A stretch of 64,000 nucleotides of DNA, taken from Octopus sinensis (lineage: Eukaryota). The DNA is taken from NCBI RefSeq assembly GCF_006345805.1, contig NC_043016.1:30318001-30382000 (forward strand), read 5' to 3'. Positions 60,601 to 64,000 of the stretch are shown one piece after another. Position 1 is the stretch's first letter; each line of letters begins with the position of its first letter. Made by a program: the position numbers and the translations under genes. The notes beneath the pieces were generated by a model. The model did not search any database and was not told the DNA's origin. It saw nothing but the letters and a program-made list of their open reading frames with translations.

Positions 60601-61481
60601 TGGCAATGGCCATGCTCAAATAGTGTTTTTTACGTGCCACCTGCACAGGAACCAGTCCAGCGGCACTGGCAATGACTTCGCTTGAATGTTACAAGTGCCA
60701 GTAAGGCGACACTGGTAATGATCATGCTAAAATGGTGCTTTTTATGTGCCACCAGCTATATTACTAGTCATAAAGAGATACAACACTATCAAATGATGTT
60801 AGTCATAAATAGATACATTACAGACCTACTGTGCAACAAATGAGAAAATTAAGAGTAACCCTACAAATCCTGCACTACAGAAATACAAAATACATAGGCG
60901 CAGATATGACTAAAACAAGAAATAAGTCCATTACCTCAGGCTGGCCAAAGCCTTGTAAGTGGACTTGGTAGACAGAAACTGAAAGAAGCCCAACATATGT
61001 GTGTGTGTGTGTGTGTGTGTTTCTTTATTCCTCACCACTACATGACAACCAGTGTAGGTGAGTTTATGTTCCCATAACTTAGAGGTTTGGCAAAAGAGAC
61101 CGACAGAATAAATACCAGGTTTAAAAAAGAAATAAGTATCGGGGTCAATTCATTTGACTAAAAATTCTTCAAGGCAGTGCCCCAGCATGGCCACAATGTA
61201 ATAAGTGAAACAAGGGAAAGAACAGAAGAAAAAAAGATATGAGTGACAGCTGCCAAATTCCCTGTCTCTGGCCAATAGAATAAGTGAAAAAATGCATCAG
61301 AACACAAAGAGAACATACCTGTGCTACCGCAATAAGAGATAACAGAAGATAGAGTTCTTGTTTGCTGAGTTGCCCTGGTGTCGTCATATTACATACTTCC
61401 CAAATCTCTCTCAAAGTCTGTCGAGGAAGATCACTTAAGAGAAGAATTGGATATAGTCTGTCTGTAATTATACAATCATTC
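28862..61481 (-). CDS. SYNRG: Synergin gamma (AP-1 gamma-adaptin ear-binding EH-domain protein), 12 coding exons (5'-partial)
   Basis: Exons 61481-61319, 60076-59806, 59724-59575, 55477-55420, 53348-53242, 50352-49654, 41629-40451, 38070-37967, 35601-35451, 33130-33074, 29999-29908, 29104-28862 join with matching phases (3274 nt). EH-domain segment LYPILLLSDLPRQTLREIWEVCNMTTPGQLSKQELYLLLSLIAVAQ; repeated DFxDF/WxxF motifs; C-terminus LLKDIDLAWNNL...ACGVCLLNVD...YHTTCANFWVNCV matches recalled vertebrate SYNRG. Confidence 0.93.
29908..29999 (-). CDS. SYNRG: SYNRG exon (LTNERLETLLKDIDLAWNNLAAFLSASSLL)
   Basis: catttag acceptor, gtaaga donor; resembles SYNRG LLKDIDKVWNNL. Confidence 0.92.
30628..32405 (+). 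mobile_element. Internally deleted piggyBac transposon
   Basis: N-terminal SSDSDFEGF; WQPTDTTEMQAFF..YWNPD..PYISSIMS; IVNSYIVY; C-terminal ETAYMCSFCKVPLCKECFEQFH cysteine-rich domain; TTAA at 30624-27 and 32406-09; ends match MITE family 1. Confidence 0.85.
33074..33130 (-). CDS. SYNRG: SYNRG exon (IIEIYRVVCKITVTMRMS)
   Basis: ctttcag acceptor, gtaaat donor, phase 1/1; resembles SYNRG VVEVYRVTKR. Confidence 0.85.
34596..34683. mobile_element. Short hAT/Charlie-like MITE
   Basis: TIR cagcgtttttcaaact / agtttgaaaaatgctg; 8-bp TSD not evident. Confidence 0.5.
35451..35601 (-). CDS. SYNRG: SYNRG exon (HEWTKCLDKCYQRIKEANNVFNSISTSCVCNEVIKS)
   Basis: (ct)n-actccag acceptor, gtgagt donor; resembles SYNRG YEWQRCL...SSVCTEVIQS. 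Confidence 0.9.
37967..38070 (-). CDS. SYNRG: SYNRG exon (TMPTLPQPVPP...DRYSSVIQDVQ)
   Basis: ttattcag acceptor, gtaagt donor, phase 1/0. Confidence 0.85.
38880..39290 (-). mobile_element. SINE family A, full length
   Basis: Reverse complement of the 57896-58302 consensus. Confidence 0.85.
39698..40063 (+). mobile_element. SINE family A
   Basis: Same head, body and tail as 7400-7792, with an internal deletion. Confidence 0.85.
40451..41629 (-). CDS. SYNRG: SYNRG 1179-nt exon (PGWAEFQ, NNWADFT, EDEFGGFS motifs)
   Basis: Overlaps ORF 40236-41582; ttattacag acceptor, gtaagt donor, phase 1/1. Confidence 0.9.
42860..43327 (-). mobile_element. RTE 3'-UTR copy with hairpin array and upstream UTR
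   Basis: Includes cttcgcaagcagagtttagtgtccaatgaaggaaaggta, as at 63278-63316. Confidence 0.85.
46013..46341 (+). mobile_element. tRNA-derived CORE-like SINE family C
   Basis: tggctcagtgattagagc (A box), gagttcgattcccgg (B box), cttgagcaagacac core. Confidence 0.85.
49654..50352 (-). CDS. SYNRG: SYNRG 699-nt exon (DDDYDDFKSAD...DKYAVFRQL...ENWADFQS)
   Basis: Within ORF 49622-50380; tttcag acceptor, gtaaac donor, phase 1/1. Confidence 0.9.
52412..52800 (-). mobile_element. SINE family A (head truncated)
   Basis: Reverse complement of the family A body with a central (TA/CA)n. Confidence 0.85.
53242..53348 (-). CDS. SYNRG: SYNRG exon (SITPVTKVAFEALPELSAEDKYSNVRNFF...)
   Basis: ttttgcag acceptor, gtaaaa donor, phase 2/1; DKYS motif like SYNRG DKYSAFREL. 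Confidence 0.75.
54985..55277. repeat. Minisatellite of 27-bp and 19-bp units (aaaaattgaatgaatgattgatcgaat)
   Basis: Built from AATG/ATTG/ATCG tetramers; about a dozen units. Confidence 0.92.
55420..55477 (-). CDS. SYNRG: SYNRG small exon (SLDQFNMSPVTDVNQVNC)
   Basis: ttattttag acceptor, gtgagt donor, phase 1/2; required to bring the next exon into frame. Confidence 0.65.
55900..56130 (-). mobile_element. Decayed RTE-like LINE C-terminal fragment
   Basis: LASDLLLWIPKHG..VGH..MHIDHL...EDLPQLMQD*HRW resembles the RTE terminus LLWxPxHG..GRP..YIDxL...M.DR..W. Confidence 0.6.
57896..58302 (+). mobile_element. SINE family A, full length and CpG-rich (young)
   Basis: Intact head ggagtggctgtgtggtaag, ggttcagtccc box, AAAAGAGT tail. 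Confidence 0.9.
59575..59724 (-). CDS. SYNRG: SYNRG exon with DEDFADFQ gamma-ear motif
   Basis: ctcttag acceptor, gtataa donor, phase 1/1. Confidence 0.85.
59806..60076 (-). CDS. SYNRG: SYNRG exon (NNQGIPSMEILHQLPSPPVP...)
   Basis: tttttgcag acceptor, gtatgt donor, phase 0/1; within ORF 59750-60082. Confidence 0.88.
60395..60760 (-). mobile_element. RTE 3'-UTR copy with hairpin array
   Basis: (CAT)n plus the conserved core and units. Confidence 0.85.
61319..61481 (-). CDS. SYNRG: SYNRG exon, EH domain
   Basis: (t)n-ccag acceptor, gtatgt donor; NDCIITDRLYPILLLSDLPRQTLREIWEVCNMTTPGQLSKQELY. Confidence 0.92.
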
Positions 61482-62767
61482 CTGGAAAAAAAAAAAAGAG
61501 ATCATTTTTCAATGTAAAGCAATTTGCTGCCAAAATATTGATGTAGAATGGCCGTGAGATTAAAGTGCTGGACTACACCCCATGTATTCAGGTTCAAATT
61601 TCACAACTATTACAATTGTTTTGTGATCCTGGATCAAGATATGTTAAACTATGTACTTCAGTTTATTAGAAATGATAAGAACAGAAAGCAATCAAGCAGG
61701 CTTTCTCCAGTTAACTGATTAGCAGTAGGGGACAGCAATGATGCAGTGTGGGTTTTGGCTGCACTGTGTAGTGGTCAAAATGCACTCACCACCCTTCATT
61801 AAATATGTTAGACTACAGCAAAAACATGCATATGAAGTGGTTAGCTGGTGAGGTCCACACCTTGTACACCCCACATTGCACCATCAAGAAACACCATCTA
61901 TTTATAATAGAGGTAAAAAAAAAATAATGAAAAAAAAAAAGAGAAAGAAAAACTAAGAAACCCAAATGCGAAAATGGAAACAGAAATTTAAACAGCAAAA
62001 ACAAAATAAAAGTTATGGAAAAAGAAAAATCAATATTTCTCTATTTTACATCAACTTGGAGCAGCAGAGAAGCAAATAGCAAAAGAATGAAAAAAAAAAG
62101 TAACATAAGGGAGAGCAATATGGAACAGGAACATTAGATTAATATTGGAACTGATCAATATAGATCAGATCAATATGTTAGTCTTTCATATGCTACGCTT
62201 TTGTACATTACTAATATGTGATACAGTTCTGTGTTCTACCTTATTCTGTTCTCTGCTACCATTCTATATGATTGTTCTATGTTACTGTTTTATAACTGCT
62301 CTATTCTATATTGATCTAGAAAAGTAATGCAGACCGATAATAAAAACCATATTAATATAAAACAAAACAACATCGAACAGAATGCTGCAGAAGAGCAACA
62401 TAGAGCAGAGAAACATACAATAGTAACACAGGTAATCATCATCATTGCTATCATCATTTTAATGTCCATGTTTCAATGCATGCATACGCTGGACAATGTT
62501 TACTGAGGTAGATTTTTCTATGGGCCAGGAGCCTTTCCTGTCACCTACCCTCACAGGTTTCCAAGTAAGACAATATTTTCACTTTGGCCAGACATGCTTA
62601 CGCAGAATACCAGAAATAAATGACACTGCTTGCATGACAGAGACACTCATTTACAACTAAAACATGATGTCAAAACTAGGGGATGCACACACACACTTGC
62701 ATGTGTGTATGTGTGTGTGAGAGAGTGCATGGCTTAATGGTTAGGCTGTTGCACTCAAGATTGCAAG

Positions 62768-64000
62768 ATCATCATCATCATCATTTAACGTCCACTTTCC
62801 ATGTTGGCATGGGTTGGACAATTTGACTGAGGACTGATGAACCAGATGGCTGCACCAGGCTCCAATCTGATCTGGCAGTTTCTACAGCTGGATACCCCTC
62901 CTAACACCAACCACTCTGAGAGTGTAGTGGGTGGTTTTATGTGCCACTGGCACGAGGGCCAGTCATGCGGTACTGGTAACAGCCACACTCAGATGGTGTT
63001 TTTTACATGCCACCTGCCCAGAAGCCAGTCTAGCGGCACTGGCAACGACCTCACTCAAATAATTTTTTCACATGCCACCGGCACAAGTGCTAGTAAGGCT
63101 ATGTAGGTAACAATGACAATGGTACTTTTTACGTGCCACCAGCATGGAAGCCAGTCAGCTACTTTGGCAACGATCATGCTCGGATGGTGCTCTTAGCGCG
63201 CCACTCGCACGAATGTCAATCATGCAGTGCTGTCATCGAATTTGATTTTGATTTTGTTTTCACTTACCTCAACAGGTCTTCGCAAGCAGAGTTTAGTGTC
63301 CAATGAAGGAAAGGTACATGTAAATGGGCTGGTTACACCCCTGGCATAGGCCACGGGTTATGATCTCACTTGGCTTGCCAGGTCTTCTCAAGCGAAGCAT
63401 ATTTCCAAAGGTCTCGGTCACTAGTCATTGCCTCGGTGAGGCCTAATGTTCGAAGGTCGTGCTTCACCACCTCATCACAGGTTTTCCTGGGTTTACCTCT
63501 TCCACAGGTTCCCTCAACCACTAGGGTGTGGCACTTTTCCACACAGCTATCCTCATCAATTCTCACTACATGACCATACCAGCGCAGTCGTCTCTCTTGC
63601 ACACCACATCTGATGCTTCTTAGGTTCAACTTTTCTCTCAAGGTACTTACACTCTGTTGAGTATGCCCACTGACATTACACATCTAGTGGAGCATACTAG
63701 CTTTGTTCCTTGTGAGCTTATGCATGTCCTCAGCAGTCACGGCGATGTAGCATGGATGTTCGTACACATGCATCATACAGTCTACCTTTTACTCTGAGCG
63801 AGAGGCCCTTTGTCACCAGCAAAGGTAGGAGCTCTCTGAACTTTGCCCAGGCTATTCTTATTCTTGCAGCTATACTTTCAGAGCACCCATCCCTGCAACT
63901 GACTTGGTCACCTAGGTTATGGAAGCTATCAACTACTTCTAGTTTTTTTCCCTGGGATGTGGTAGAAGTTGTTCTCTGCACATTTTCAGTATTTATTGCT
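62768..64000 (-). mobile_element. RTE-clade LINE, 3' part: frameshifted ORF2, 3' UTR with five-unit hairpin array, (GAT)n tail
   Basis: LEVVDSFHNLGD..ARIRIAWAKFRELLPLL..KGRLYDACVRTSMLH; RRLRWYGHVVR..VEGTCGRGKPRKT.DEVV..MTSDRDLWK; extends beyond the window. Confidence 0.92.

Noticed and set aside
61813-62004. Next upstream SYNRG exon
   Set aside because: No frame resembles the expected pre-EH sequence, and no convincing phase-2 donor was found; the exon probably lies beyond the window.
62830-62845. Hammerhead ribozyme core (CTGATGA)
   Set aside because: This is a single-copy variant of consensus ggactggcgaacc; there is no correctly placed GAAA or three-stem junction.

Overview
AT-rich, repeat-dense eukaryotic DNA, most likely from an Octopus genome (inferred from the SINE/RTE repeat landscape). 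It holds two convergent, tail-to-tail genes whose splicing I reconstructed by hand with consistent phases and GT-AG introns. On the + strand is a coiled-coil LEKR1-like gene (11 coding exons, 2478-27716, ~456 aa in the window, 5' exon(s) upstream of it). On the - strand is synergin gamma (SYNRG/AP1GBP1; 12 coding exons, 61481-28862, ~1090 aa in the window, from the EH domain to the stop). Their stop codons are 1.15 kb apart, with a candidate bidirectional poly(A) site between them. The introns carry tRNA-derived SINEs of several families, about 20 5'-truncated copies of an RTE-clade LINE 3' end with (GAT)n tails, R4/Dong-like RLE LINE fragments, an internally deleted piggyBac with its TTAA MITE families, a mariner remnant, and mini/microsatellites. 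The most unusual signal is in the RTE 3' UTR: an array of 63-67-bp units, each with two or three hairpins, showing compensatory stem changes, variable loops and subfamily-specific unit number and homogenisation. No tRNA, rRNA or CRISPR features are supported. All family names come from recalled motifs, not database searches.
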